Assembly: GCA_010093605.1 (NCBI GenBank)
Contig: MU004189.1
Coordinates: 1,433,834 to 1,497,833 of the forward strand
Source of the DNA: Lophium mytilinum
Taxonomy: Eukaryota
Direction of reading: 5' to 3'
Length of the DNA stretch: 64,000 nucleotides
A program made the position numbers and the translations under genes. The notes below the pieces were generated by a model, which made no database searches, was not told the origin of the DNA, and saw only the letters and a program-made list of their open reading frames with translations. Of this stretch, positions 1 through 12,420 are shown piece after piece (the first letter of the stretch is position 1; each line of letters begins with the position of its first letter).

Positions 1-1
1 A

Positions 2-1340
2 ATGAACAGGGGTATGTATGGTCCCGGTACATCTACCGGAGTCCTCTGGTGTCAGTTTTTCTTCGGTGCCACTGGGGGGGTGCTCAACACAACCCGAATC
101 GCAATCCAACACCTACCTCGGCCGTGTCGAGAACCCTCTTTGACTCGGCCTGGGATAAGTATCGAGCTGTTCTTTGAACGGATCGATCTGGTGTCTTGGC
201 TACGATCTAACTGGCACTCGAAATAAACTGACACTAGGGGATCTCTTATCTGACCTGGACTTCTCTATTCGTAAATCCTAGTATGTGTACTGACAACTTG
301 CAGGCCGAGGCGATCGTGGACATGGAGGCCATGGGAGAGGAGGTCGCGGAGACCATCGTAGTCCAGGTAGAGGCAGAGATCGACAACGAAATAGGGGAGG
401 CGGAGGTGGAGGTGGAGGTGGAGGGGGAGGACAGCGACAACAGCCACCCCAGCAACCGCAGCGTCAACAGCCGCCGCATGCGCCGCAGAATCAACAGAAT
501 CGGCCGCAAGCACAACAGAATCAGCAGGGTCGCCAGCAACAGCAGCAGAATCAACAGGGCCGTCAGCAACAGCCGCAGAATCAACGCCAGCAACAACAAC
601 AGCCACAGGGCCGTAACCGACCTGGCGACAATTTCGGTGGTGGAAACAGGAGCGGACCATCTCGTTCGCCAGCTGAGAAGCATCGACGACCGAACCGGCG
701 AGAGAGAAACCGTACTTCTGGCTCTCCCCTACAGCAACGAAACCCTCCTCCCAACGCGAGACAGAGGTCACCACCGCGCGGACCCAGATCGGCGACGGCA
801 GCATCTCCTGGATCCTCTCAGCCGTACTCTGCGCCTCCCACCAACTCATACTCTACGACAGCCTACACTAACCCGCAGGCATTCGCTTGGAACCAGAACA
901 GCCTGCCTGTCTCTGGTGCGCAGACTATGCAGCATGCTCAGTACCCTCAATTCTCTCAGGGCCCTGCTAATCCGAGCCCATCAATCCCAGTGGGTGCTTT
1001 TGTGAATCCCCATTTCCAACCACAGCAACCCCAAGCCCCCGCCCCAGCTCCGGCGTATTCTTTCCAGAATCCATGGCAAGTGCCTCAGCAGCAAGCACCA
1101 CAGCAGCAGGCAGCTCCGGCGCCCAATTGGGCAGCGTTGGCTCAGCTTTTCCAAGCAGCGCAGCAAAACCAAATGCCGAGCCAGCCTCAGCAGAGTCACA
1201 CGCCTACTCAGGACCCGCGTACAAGTTACGCTCCACCGGCGGTTGATGCACAGCCGCAGCAAGACTCGCAGGCAGCTTTTAGGGCAGCACAGCAGCAGCT
1301 CGAGCTCCTCCGCGCGCTGAACAGGGGCCAGGGGCCGTAG
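2..1340 (+). CDS. RGG-, Gln- and Pro-rich low-complexity protein, probably the 3' part of a gene starting left of the window; tentatively H/ACA RNP assembly factor Naf1
   Basis: Exon ending at 11 (ATG AAC AGG G|GTATGT), intron 12-303 (branch TACTGAC 288-294, CAG), exon 304-1340 in the frame of ORF 927..1340. Reads MNRGRGDRGHGGHGRGGRG...GAFVNPHF...AAFRAAQQQLELLRALNRGQGP*. The Naf1 guess rests only on recalled C-terminal motifs. Confidence 0.7.
39..245 (+). ncRNA. Candidate structured RNA inside intron 12-303
   Basis: 39-71 (GAGTCCTCTGGTGTCAGTTTTTCTTCGGTGCCA) is complementary to 212-245 (TGGCACTCGAAATAAACTGACACTAGGGGATCTC), including G-U-type substitutions. Inner hairpins at 120-150 and 181-207. 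Confidence 0.55.
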
Positions 1341-2430
1341 TGTCCTCTTTATGGGGTGTCGTACTTCCTATATATATTTATCCGTGTATCAGCTATGTGT
1401 GGGAAGGAGGATCACATGGAGTCGTCAGGTTTTCTGGTGCATCTCCAGGGAGCAAGTGCTCTGCAAGGTCCTGTCAAAGTAATTTCGTAGTGACTGCACT
1501 ATACGGGTGCTGAAGGAGAGGGAGTTGTAAACAATAGGCGAATGTGTTTGCTATAAGTGCTTGGAGTAGCTCAATAGGACTGCGAATATCTGAGTGAGCG
1601 TAGGGTCGTCGTAGCCAGCCTACACGAGGTGTATAAATTTGAAAGCCCCGCGAGTCACATCAAAGGCCTCAGGACATGTCGCATGTCTATATAGAGCTGG
1701 GAGACTGTATCAAAACACTTCGACTGGGCAGTATATATAGCTCTGGTGCCGTATCACAGTAGTGACGGATCTCGTGGTAGCATCCGAAAGGCAACGTGCA
1801 ACGACCGGATAGTGCCCGCCAGGCCCATCCCAGGAGGCTTGTGTAACCGCGATGAGGGGCGCGGTCAATACGCCATCGCCTGTGGCGTGCACGAACAGGC
1901 CGTCATGAGGCTTGACCAGGCCGTCTCGAGGTCCCCGTGCTCTGCGATGGTTCGGAGTGTGGCCCGAAACACAGCGCTGCGATGCCAGATGCCGCAGAGC
2001 AGCACAGGCTGAGGGGCAGCCGTAGAGATGGCTAGGACCCAGACATGCTGGTGACGCGCTTCCTTTGTCCCGCCGATGCATCGCAGCGTCGCGTGGGTTG
2101 TGGTGATCGGACCAGCCGTGTCAGCCCTCTTTGGGGCTGGAGACCGCCGCCTGGACCGCATCTGGAGACTCTTTCAACCTTCACTACTGCGCACCCTCAC
2201 CACCCCATCACGAACCCCGAGCCCTCTACCCCTCTGCCCCCTCTACGCCCCCGAATCGACGCCCATCACGTCCATGAATGCCCCCATGATACCGCGCCAG
2301 CTCCAATGAAGCCCGTCTGACTCCTGCACGCCGTGCCAACCTCATCGGACCTCGACCCGCGTCGTCGTGCCGGACCAAAACAAGGTCTCGGTCCGCCTCT
2401 CGCCCTCCAGCCCGTTTTCGTGCCGTGACA

Positions 2431-5400
2431 ATGACAAGAAAGGAGACTGTAGGCAGACATGGCTCCACCGAAAGTTCGGGTGCGGATAGCTGGCGGTCGA
2501 CCGACACTGTGAAGGCATTGGGCGGCCGGACTCGAGGCCCTCCCGTAAAGGTGCAGACCACTAAGAACTCCAAGAAGTACGTGATCCCGCGCGTGCGCTG
2601 CTGCGTTGCTGCATCTCTCTTTGTCTTTGCGCCATTGGCATTGGCCACTCTGTACGGCCTGTGCCCGTTTGACGGATAGCTGCGTGGTTCGCCCGCAGCC
2701 TACCGCGCAAACTCGAGAGAGCTCTTTACCTTCATCTGATTGTCCCTTTTGCGCGTTGATACAAAGGGCGGCCGTGTGCTTTGCTGCTGGAGACAAGAGA
2801 GCCGATGTAACAGGGGAGAGCAAGCATTCACCATGCCCCAGCCGTGTTTCTGTCGTCGTCTCAATGTCAAACCCATTCACCCTTTCACCTGAACTCAGCT
2901 GACAATATGCGCTAGAGGTGATAGGGAGCCTGAAATCTCGCCCGGCACCATCGATCCCAAGTCATCGCAGAACTCAAAGTCGAAAATCGCTCCGTGGGAC
3001 ACTCCTAAGCTCGCTGATTTAAGTAACTACCGCAAGGACCTCTCCGTGCTAGAAACCTCTGGAGGTCGAATTCCAGCTATATCTCGAAATCCTCCGACTG
3101 CAACCTCGCCCGGAAACCACTGGAACCTACCTGTATCGAACGGGTCGACTGTAATGCCTTCGAGTGTGTTTGGAAGCTTCTATAATGACTCCGCGGAAGA
3201 TGTCGGACAATTATCTCCAGGCTTCAGGCCTGGAAGTGGAAAAGAAGATGCCATGGGTTTCCCACAGGATGATCGGCGGCCGTCTGTTGCGAGTGCAACC
3301 ACTGTGAGCAGCTCGGGATCAAAGTCGAGCCTTGGACGGGGATTCCATAAACAATTGCGAGGCTTCTTCGGCGAAGAGTTCCCAGGGGACTCTCGCCAGG
3401 GATCTGATACGAGCTTGCCCATGAGCAATCAATTCGGAAACGAGACCCAATCCTCGCGCAGTCGCAACCGGAACAACTCGGTCAATAACACAATTGCAAG
3501 CAGCGTGAATAGCAGACCGACTTCTCCTACCAGCTCGCGGCCAAGGACTCCGTTGCCGTCGTCGGAAGTGACTCCATGGGAGTTCCAAGACTTCAAGGTG
3601 CGTAATTTGTTGCAAGCATGTCATTCACATGTGAATTCTTCTGTCTTTTATATTCAGTTTTGTGACGGCGGATCACGTGACCCCCTCAACGTTTTCTTGT
3701 CACAATAGGCCGCGTTCCTATTGTCTTATTGAATCGCGACTAACAATAAATTAAGGCGGACTCGCCGTCGCAGGGCGACAGCGATCGTCACTCCTCCGAG
3801 CAGCAGTCCAATAAGTCCGGCAAGACCTCTCACAAGCTACGACTTCCTGGCCATCGACACAACCGGAGCAAGGACGATTCCAAACCATCTGAACCAAGAG
3901 CAGAGATCAGTCAACCGTACCCTCTACGACCTGTCACCAGCCGCGAGGAATCTGCGTTAAGTGTACGGCGCGCGGAGCATCAAGCTCCTTTCTCGCTCAG
4001 CGCTGCCCTGTCCTCGAGAACCAACATCGCCCCGCGCTCGTCCAGCCCGACACCAAGCGCCTTCAGCGATATGAGTCGCGATACGGTCACTCAGCGCTCG
4101 CCAATTACTACGAAAGGACCCCGCTCGATTCTTGACAAGCTTAGACGGAAAGAGAAGGGCGACCGACTTGGTCCGGACTCGTTGCGAGACCTAGGCTCCT
4201 CTCAAACCTCTCTCCAAGCACCATCGATCAAATCCGCAAGACTTCCCAGACCGGAGCTTCCACATGTACCAAGCGGTGGCTTCTTGAAGAAAGGAGGAGT
4301 TGTGGAACCTGTTCAACGCGAGAAGGGCCTGGGGAACGGCAAAGAGAGCGCAAGAAGAGAACATGGCCGGCTACCGTTCAAAACTAAACGCACGCCTACT
4401 CAAGCCGAAGTGCCGCGGGCGAAAGACCTCAATGAAGCCAGGGCAGATCCGAACGGAAACGATGCGCTCTTCAAATTGGACACCGATCTCGAGCACATGG
4501 AGGGCATAGTTGACCTACAACAACCGCCTATGACTCCACCCACGACTGAGATTTTTACCGGCTGGCCCGGAGAAGACACCACAGCCGAGGAAAAGAAGGA
4601 GCCGGAAGGCATAGCTGGGGTTTGGGATGCGCCAGATTCGTGGGCTGTACGACGTGTCGGGGACGAGAACGTAGGAAGGTTGCGGGAGCTCGATGAGAAT
4701 GGCGATCTTCCCAAAGATGAAGGCACTGGACCTGCTTACTGTGTGCGAATCTTCCGGGTGGATTCCACCTTTGCTGTTCTGAACCTCCCGCTGAATACGA
4801 CGGTATCGGAGATGATCCAAACGCTGGGTAGGAAATCGTTCCTACAGGATGACATTGACAACTACCACATTATCATGAAGAAACACGAGTCTTCCCGGCA
4901 ATTGGATCCCCAGGAGAGGCCGCTCTTCATTCAGAAGCGATTGTTGGAACAAGCTGGATACTCGGAATCGGATCGACTCGAAGAAGTAGGCAGAGAAGAT
5001 AACAGCTACCTCTGCCGATTTACTTTCGTCCCTGCGAAGATGAGCGGATACTCTAGCCTCGAAAAGGATCCTGGTTTTAGCAAGCTGTCGAAATTCAGTC
5101 ACATCGACCTCGCAGGAAAGAATCTCGTAACCATTCCGATTACCCTATACCAAAAGGCCACTGAAATCATCTCTCTCAATCTCTCGCGGAATCTCTCTCT
5201 CGATGTTCCAAAAGACTTCATCCAAGCGTGCACAAACTTACGCGAAATCAAATATACCAGCAACGAGGCATGGCGACTCCCACCAAGCTTGAGCCTGGCA
5301 AGTAGGCTCACGATGCTCGATATCTCGAACAACCGAATTGAGCAACTCGAGCATGCGGACTTACATAAGCTGGCGGGATTGCAGGGGCTTCGACTTTCAA

Positions 5401-8400
5401 ACAACAAACTGACACGCCTGCCCAGCTATTTTGGCCAATATCGTGCCTTGAGAAGCCTGAACTTATCATCCAACTCGTTGACCGAGTTCCCAGACTTCCT
5501 CTGCGATGTCACAACCATTGTGGACCTTGATATCAGTTTCAATTCAATCTCCACTATACCAAAGATTGGTCAACTCACCTGTTTGGAAAGGCTCTGGGCA
5601 ACTAACAACAAGCTGTCCGGCAGTTTCCCTGCCTCTTTGAGCAACCTCCAGAGCCTCCGAGAGATTGATGTGCGATTCAACGCTCTCGATAGCATCGACG
5701 TCATGTCACAATTGCCACGCTTGGAGTACCTGATGGTCGGTCACAACTCAATCTCCGCCTTTGAAGGCTTTTTCCCGAAGATTCGAGTCCTGCATCTCAA
5801 CCACAATCCCGTCACGCGCTTTGGCATGACTGCACCGGTGCCCACACTGTCAATCCTGAATCTTGCATCGGCGAAACTGTCACACCTACCCGAGGATCTC
5901 TTCCAAAAGATATCCGGGCTGACCAAGCTCATTCTTGACAAGAATCATTTCACGTCTCTATCAACTCAGATCGGTCGACTTTACAGACTTGAACATCTCA
6001 GTATCGCCCGCAATTCCCTTGACGAACTTCCCGCGGAAGTTGGAAGACTTGCCGAGCTTCGCTATCTGGACGTTCGCGAGAACAACCTATCAAAACTTCC
6101 ACAAGAGCTCTGGCATGCTCGAAGGCTGGAGACTTTGAATGTGTCTTCCAACGTGTTAGAATCATTCCCGAAACCTGGAGCACCACTACCCTTTGTTCCC
6201 GGTGACGGTCCTGGACATCTTGACGGCACCACTCCGGCTTCCACCCCCGGATTGACCTCCAGCCCCAGCTACGAGGAGCTCGGGAAATTAGAGGCTTTTG
6301 CTGCACGACGCCCCAGTCAGGCTTCCGCCGGATACCTCAGTTCTGGCACGTCTCCAGGTAGCTCGACGAGAAAAGGTTCAATGGCCTCAGCCTCTTCTTT
6401 TGGGACTCTTGGAGCAGCAAGAAAAACATCTGTAGCCTCTCGAGTAACGGAGGGAACGATTACGCCAGTATCCACGGCGATGTCCCGTAAGGATTCGAGC
6501 CTTTCGAACAGAATGATAACCACATTCGCTGGCTCGCTTCGTCACGTATTGCTCGCCGATAACAGACTCACGGATGATGTGTTTGATGAACTTGCTCTGC
6601 TTCCCGAGTTGAGGATAGTCAACCTTTCCTATAACCTAATATACGACATTCCTTCGCGCACTATCCGACGATGGCAACACCTAGCCGAGCTATACCTTTC
6701 AGGAAACGATCTGAGTTCCTTGCCCGCGGAAGACCTAGAGGAGGTCAGCTCGCTCAAGGTTCTTCATATCAACGGCAACAAGTTCCAGGTCCTCCCTGCG
6801 GAGCTCGGTAAGGTCGCTAAGCTTGCTGTCCTAGACCTCGGAAGCAACTTATTGAAGTACAATGTTTCCAATTGGCCCTACGACTGGAATTGGAACTGGA
6901 ATCATAATCTCAAATACCTCAACATGTCGGGCAACAAGCGGCTAGAGATCAAGCCCAGTGGCAATTTCCACGGTGGCAATCAAAGCTTGCGGGAAGGCAA
7001 AGACCTCACCGATTTCACATCCCTCGTCAATCTTCGGGTGCTCGGCCTCATGGATGTGACGATGATGGTCCCTTCAGTACCAGAGCAGACCGACGACAAG
7101 AGAGTAAGAACCTCCGGCTCAACTGTTGGCACAATGGCGTACGGTATGGCAGATAGCCTTGGACGGAATGAGCACATTTCGACGATGGATATGGTTATTC
7201 CGAGGTTTCGAAGCCACGACGATGAGACTATCGTTGGTCTCTTTGATGGCCAGCCTCTTTCCAATGGAGGGTCAAAAATTGCCAAGTACCTCTATGACAA
7301 CTTCAAGCACCGATTTGCTGAAGAGTTGGACCGGCTACGCCCTTCAGAGGATCCCGTCGATGCTTTGCGACGCACATATCTGGGGTTAAACAAGGACCTC
7401 GCAACGGCAGCATCCCAATCGATGGATGCTCAGAACGCGACAATTTCTTCTATTGCGCATCGCGGCTCCATATCAATGCCAGAATTGGGTGGTGATGACC
7501 TCACCTCTGGTAGCGTTGCCACAGTCCTATATATCAAGGAGATGGAACTCTTCGTATCAAATATCGGCGATGCCCAAGCACTTTTGATTCGATCAGAAGG
7601 AGGTCATCGTATTCTCACTCGCAAACATGATCCCGCGGAAACGAGTGAGCGAAACAGGATCAGGGAAGCCGGAGGCTTTGTTTCTCGTCAAGGAAAGTTG
7701 AACGACTTCCTAGAGGTTTCACGCGCCTTTGGCTACATACAGATGTCACCGTCTGTCATTGCCGCCCCTCACATTACACGGATCACGATTAGCGAGAACG
7801 ACGAAATGGTGTTGCTGGCTTCCCGGGAGCTTTGGGAGTATCTCACACCTGGATTCGCGGTCGATGTCGCGCGGTCCGAGCGAGATGATCTGATGCGTGC
7901 AGCGCAAAAACTCCGTGATCTTGCCATCGCATTCGGGGCAACAAACAAGATCATGGTTATGATCCTCGGAGTCCGCGATTTGCAACGCAGTAGACAACGT
8001 GCTCGTTTCCGAACTCACAGCATGTCAATGGGACCGTCTGGTACTCCGGACGAATCGTACGGCTTGACCAGGAAGACCAATAAAAAGAAACCGGACAAAG
8101 TCGGGGATTCAGGCCTCGCAAGACTAGACCAGGAGGTAGATGCACCAGTCAACGAGGTCAGCTTGGTCTTCACCGACATCAAGAACTCGACTATTCTCTG
8201 GGAGACCTACCCAAGCTCAATGAGATCTGCGATTAAAATGCACAACGAGGTCATGCGCCGCCAGCTACGAATCATCGGCGGTTATGAGGTCAAGACTGAA
8301 GGTGATGCCTTCATGGTTGCTTTCCCAACGGTCACGTCGGCTTTGCTTTGGTGCTTCACCGTTCAAAGCCAGCTTCTAGACGTTCAATGGCCGCAAGAAA

Positions 8401-9356
8401 TTCTGACCAGCGTGAACGGACAAGAGGTGGTTGATCCCGACGGCAACATCATCTTCAGAGGTCTTTCTGTCCGAATGGGTATTCATTGGGGTCAGCCGGT
8501 GTGCGAGATTGACCCTGTCACAAAGCGCATGGATTACTTTGGTCCTATGGTCAATCGGACATCTCGTATCTCTTCGGTCGCAGACGGTGGCCAGATCACT
8601 GTGTCTTCGGACTTCATTGCTGAGATCCAACGTCTCCTAGAAACGCACATCGAGACAGACCGTTCCGGTTCGACTGGCTCCGAAGAGACGATCAACGAAG
8701 ACCTGATTACACTCGCTGTCCGCCGTGAATTACGGTCCCTCAGTAGCCAAGGATTCGAAGTCAAAGACTTGGGAGAACGTCGCCTGAAGGGTCTCGAGAA
8801 TCCGGAATACATCTATCTCATGTATCCACATGCCTTGTCCAGTCGTCTTCTCGTTCAACAACAACGCGCGGAAGCTGCAGACAATGCCTCCGAGGCAGGC
8901 GCTGCAGGCACCAAGATGCGTGACAGCCAGCTCACAATCGACACAGAGCACGTGTGGGATCTCTGGAACGTCAGCTTAAGGCTCGAGATGCTGTGCAGTG
9001 CTCTCGAAAATCCTGGAACTACTGAATTGAAAGCCCCTGAAACTCAACTCTTGGAGAGGATGAAGACCCGGGGTGGCGAGATTACGGATCGTTTCCTGAT
9101 CAACTTTGTCGAGCATCAGATTTCGAGGATTGAGGTACGCTTTTGTTGATTTCCCTTTTCCCTGCAACATAACTAACTTCGCACACAGACATGCACAACC
9201 GCCCTCGCCATCCGTCACCTGGTCCGCCCCTTCGGATCGGGCCCTTTGCTCCAGCAAGCTTGTCCCATGCATGAGGTCTTCGCGGAGCTTCAAAGCTCGA
9301 TGAAGGAGCTCGCGGCTTTTAAAGCAGAAGCTGAATTTCCGATGGCACCCTCCTGA
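2431..9356 (+). CDS. CYR1: Adenylate cyclase (Ras-association, LRR, PP2C-like and class III cyclase domains)
   Basis: Exons 2431-2576, 2916-3597, 3756-9134, 9189-9356; all GT-AG and frame-consistent. LRR array, NWPYDWNWNWN motif, PP2C-like region, catalytic VFTDIKNST...YEVKTEGDAFMV...DYFGPMVNR. Confidence 0.97.
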
Positions 9357-12300
9357 AAGCGTTCCACGTATCCCATTCTACTAGCCTTCACGCACCGGTT
9401 TCGGTTTACCATCTTTTAATATCTGCTTACGAGCTCGTCGGCTTGATTGCGTACCTGCTCAGCACTTCTGGCGGACAGAACTCGCACATACATACTATAC
9501 GCTATTATATCAGCACTGTGGCCTCTTGGATCAGGCCGCCTCCCGTCCGGCCGATCTCCACCGCCACCAACGAGACTCCCGGCGCCTTCGTCGTCTATAA
9601 CCTGCGCAAGCGAGCGCGCGATGTACTACCACTTCTCTTACCTCGGCCTATTTTACCATTATCTTACCGGCTCGGCTGGACCCTTCGCCATTGGGTATCG
9701 CCTGCTTTTTTCTACGTCACGGACCATGTTCCTACGTATGCTACACGTCTTCGCAGCGAGTTTCCAGAGCCTTGACCTTTCCATTCCTTTACTTCTCTCT
9801 GGCGATGGACGGCATGACTCACGCTGTGAATGAATTGATTTGAACCAGGTTGGGTGTTTCTTTCAGGCGTTTGTTGTGTTTTCTCTTTTTTGGCTCTCTG
9901 GATGGATTATAGGGAGGCCTATTCTTGCTGTTGAGTGGGCGTTGGCTTTTGGCACTTTGGGTCTTGAGTGCACGCTTCCGCGGTGGCTGGTTTTGTGCAC
10001 GCTCTTGTACATGGGATTGGGAGGGGGGCATATGTAGAGGAGGGGGAGGTTCTATTCTCAATACATTGGTTTTGTTCATTGCGGTGGTTGTGGTGGATGT
10101 GACTAGTGTGTGTTTTGCCTCTGGTATATTTCCCTCCATCGAAGTACTCAGGCCACAGCCGTCGGAGCCCTTCCATGTCAGGGTGTGATCTTTGTTTAAT
10201 GCCCGGGCGGGGGCGTCATGCCCTGCGGTATTAGGACCATCTGAAATCAGGAGTATGGCTATCTCGTAAATAGCGTTTTACTCTATCTAGCTACGGAAAG
10301 CCATCCACACAGAGCAAGTAGGCCTAACTGACCAAGCAGATTCGCTTTGGTATATAATTCTTTGGCAAGTCTCATCATCAGCCTTCCACACTTTTTGTCG
10401 TTCTCGTTTTTCTGAGTAATAAGATATCTTGGCACTTTTCATCATCCCGAGTCCTGCCTAGGTAGGTGATTGACCTCCTGGCAATTTTTCCGGCATCCAG
10501 TTCAGTTTGCGAGCACATGCAAATCTGATTTTCACGTGCATCACAGCCCCCTTCTCGTATTCTTCGGGTATTAAAGCCCAGCTCCTCCGCTGTTTCTTTC
10601 TCAGACACGGCAGGGAGGAGTGGTGGGAATCAAATTCAAGTTCGAGATTTTATGAGTTCGGAAAGCTGGAGAGTAAAAACACCCGCGCCCAATAGTCATA
10701 GTGCTTGAGGGTCGGTTGGGTGTTTACACATGTACTCTCAAGGCTCTGAACGGTGGTGGCGGGTGTTTGAGCAAAAAGGTTCGATGGAGACGCATATGGT
10801 GGGGCTGGGTGGTTGGAATTTGGCCGCAAATCCGGCCAAGAGACGCAATCACGGTGTTGTGGAGGGGGGAAAACCATGCATGCATACAAGGAGAGAATGC
10901 ATGAACACAGGGATAGGGTTTAATCTATGTTGGAGTGAGAGTTAGAGTGGGTGGGTGGAGCAAAATAGCTGTTGTCGGACTTCGATGTTCTAAGTGGTCC
11001 GGCGAATGTGGGCGGCGATAGTGTTCATCGTATGGAGGTAGGTGGTTGATGGTGAGGAGTGGTTGGTTGGGATGGTGGTGATGAGCCACAAATTTGGGAA
11101 TCAGGGGTAAGTTAAATGGGGGTAGAGAGACGGCTAGTGGTTAGCTGATGATTTCCAGCATATCGAAACTCTCGTTGCCACCACCATTGAACCCCGGCTG
11201 CCAGTTCCCCGAACTTTAGTACAGTAATGAGCCATATGTCTGGGTACACAGATTTGTCACTGCTTGGCTTCAATGTTGCTCACTTAACACCACTGTAGGG
11301 GGTGGCCTGGCTGCGAAGCAGCTAAACAGTCAAGAGGGAGTCTAATGTGCACTGCTTAAGGTTCGGCATCACCTTTGGATCTTCAAAACCCTCGGTGGTG
11401 GGTTTTTCGAGCAGTGGCGAACCAGTGTGCCCAGTCTTGAGGCCTCTCACTGTAGCTGCTGATCAAGCCAACTCATCACCCCTAACCATCATGACGAAGC
11501 GTTGCTGTTTACCATTATTAGATCCTTGGTTCTTGCCTCTCCCATGAGCTGGATATTCTCCAACTTTCAATACCACGAGAAGAGGTCCAAGTTCACGCTG
11601 AATCTCTTCCCACTATTGTAGAAGGCGAAGTTTGGATTGGTCAACTCCTCTAAGCTCTCTAGTCCGTAGAGAAGATCGGGAGTACGAAAGAGACAGTTGA
11701 ATACCCCATGGAAATAGGCAGAGGAAGTGCGCACGTTATAGTAGTGCCTGAGCATGTTACATAGGTGATGGTTGACTGGGAAAGTGATGGAGATTCCATT
11801 GGGAGTCTTCTCCCAAACATCGACGCTGTAGTAACCGGTTATTTCTTACTTCAGGTATGGATGTCTGTAGAAGAAATATACCAACAGCCCTCGAGGTTGC
11901 CTACCCTAGTCTCAAAGTCGCGCTCCAGCCTTGAGAACTTCCGCCATTCTCCGCCTAGAAGTTCTTTATCTTTCTAGATTCCGCCTCCCGAGTTTACGTC
12001 GCACTACCTATTATAAAACTGCCGGGCACTTCGAAGCACTTTAGCAGAGGTTTGAATCGCGACGTTTTTGATGCGGTACCAACTAGTTCATGCTTGGAAG
12101 ATCCTAGATAGAGTATTTCGATATGTTCGAGACAAGCATAGTTCACTAGGTCATACCCGATTTACATGAGCATCAGAGGATCGTGTGTGAGAAGCAAAGC
12201 AAGGAGGAGTCATCCTCCAGCGGTAACAGGAAATCCATTCTACATATCCAACCTCGTACTGCATAGTGCCAACCGACCTAAGCCATGTCCCTGGCCTCGG

Positions 12301-12420
12301 AACTATGCCCACCCATCTGCCTCCGGAAACGCCAATTTTCCTTAATGATATGATACATGACCGTCAATGGACGACCCAACCCTTGATATACCGACCCCTG
12401 ATGCCAGAAGCATCTCCCGT

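Noticed and set aside
72..170. TPP riboswitch-like words (GGGTGC, GAGA..CCC, GGATAA)
   Set aside because: Lacks the CUGAGA and UGAUC..GG.UAAU.CC.GCG core, and the host is not a thiamine gene.
11..303. Possible [D1,2] stwintron (G|GTATGT...CTAG|TATGT at 281)
   Set aside because: The external intron would be only 23 nt, too short to splice; a single intron 12-303 restores the frame.
265..1005. ORFs 283..1005 (+) and 265..849 (-)
   Set aside because: Shadow frames of the repetitive Gln/RGG exon.
9443..10188. Short overlapping, partly hydrophobic ORFs after CYR1
   Set aside because: T/G-rich 3' UTR-like composition; no splice structure or recognisable motif.
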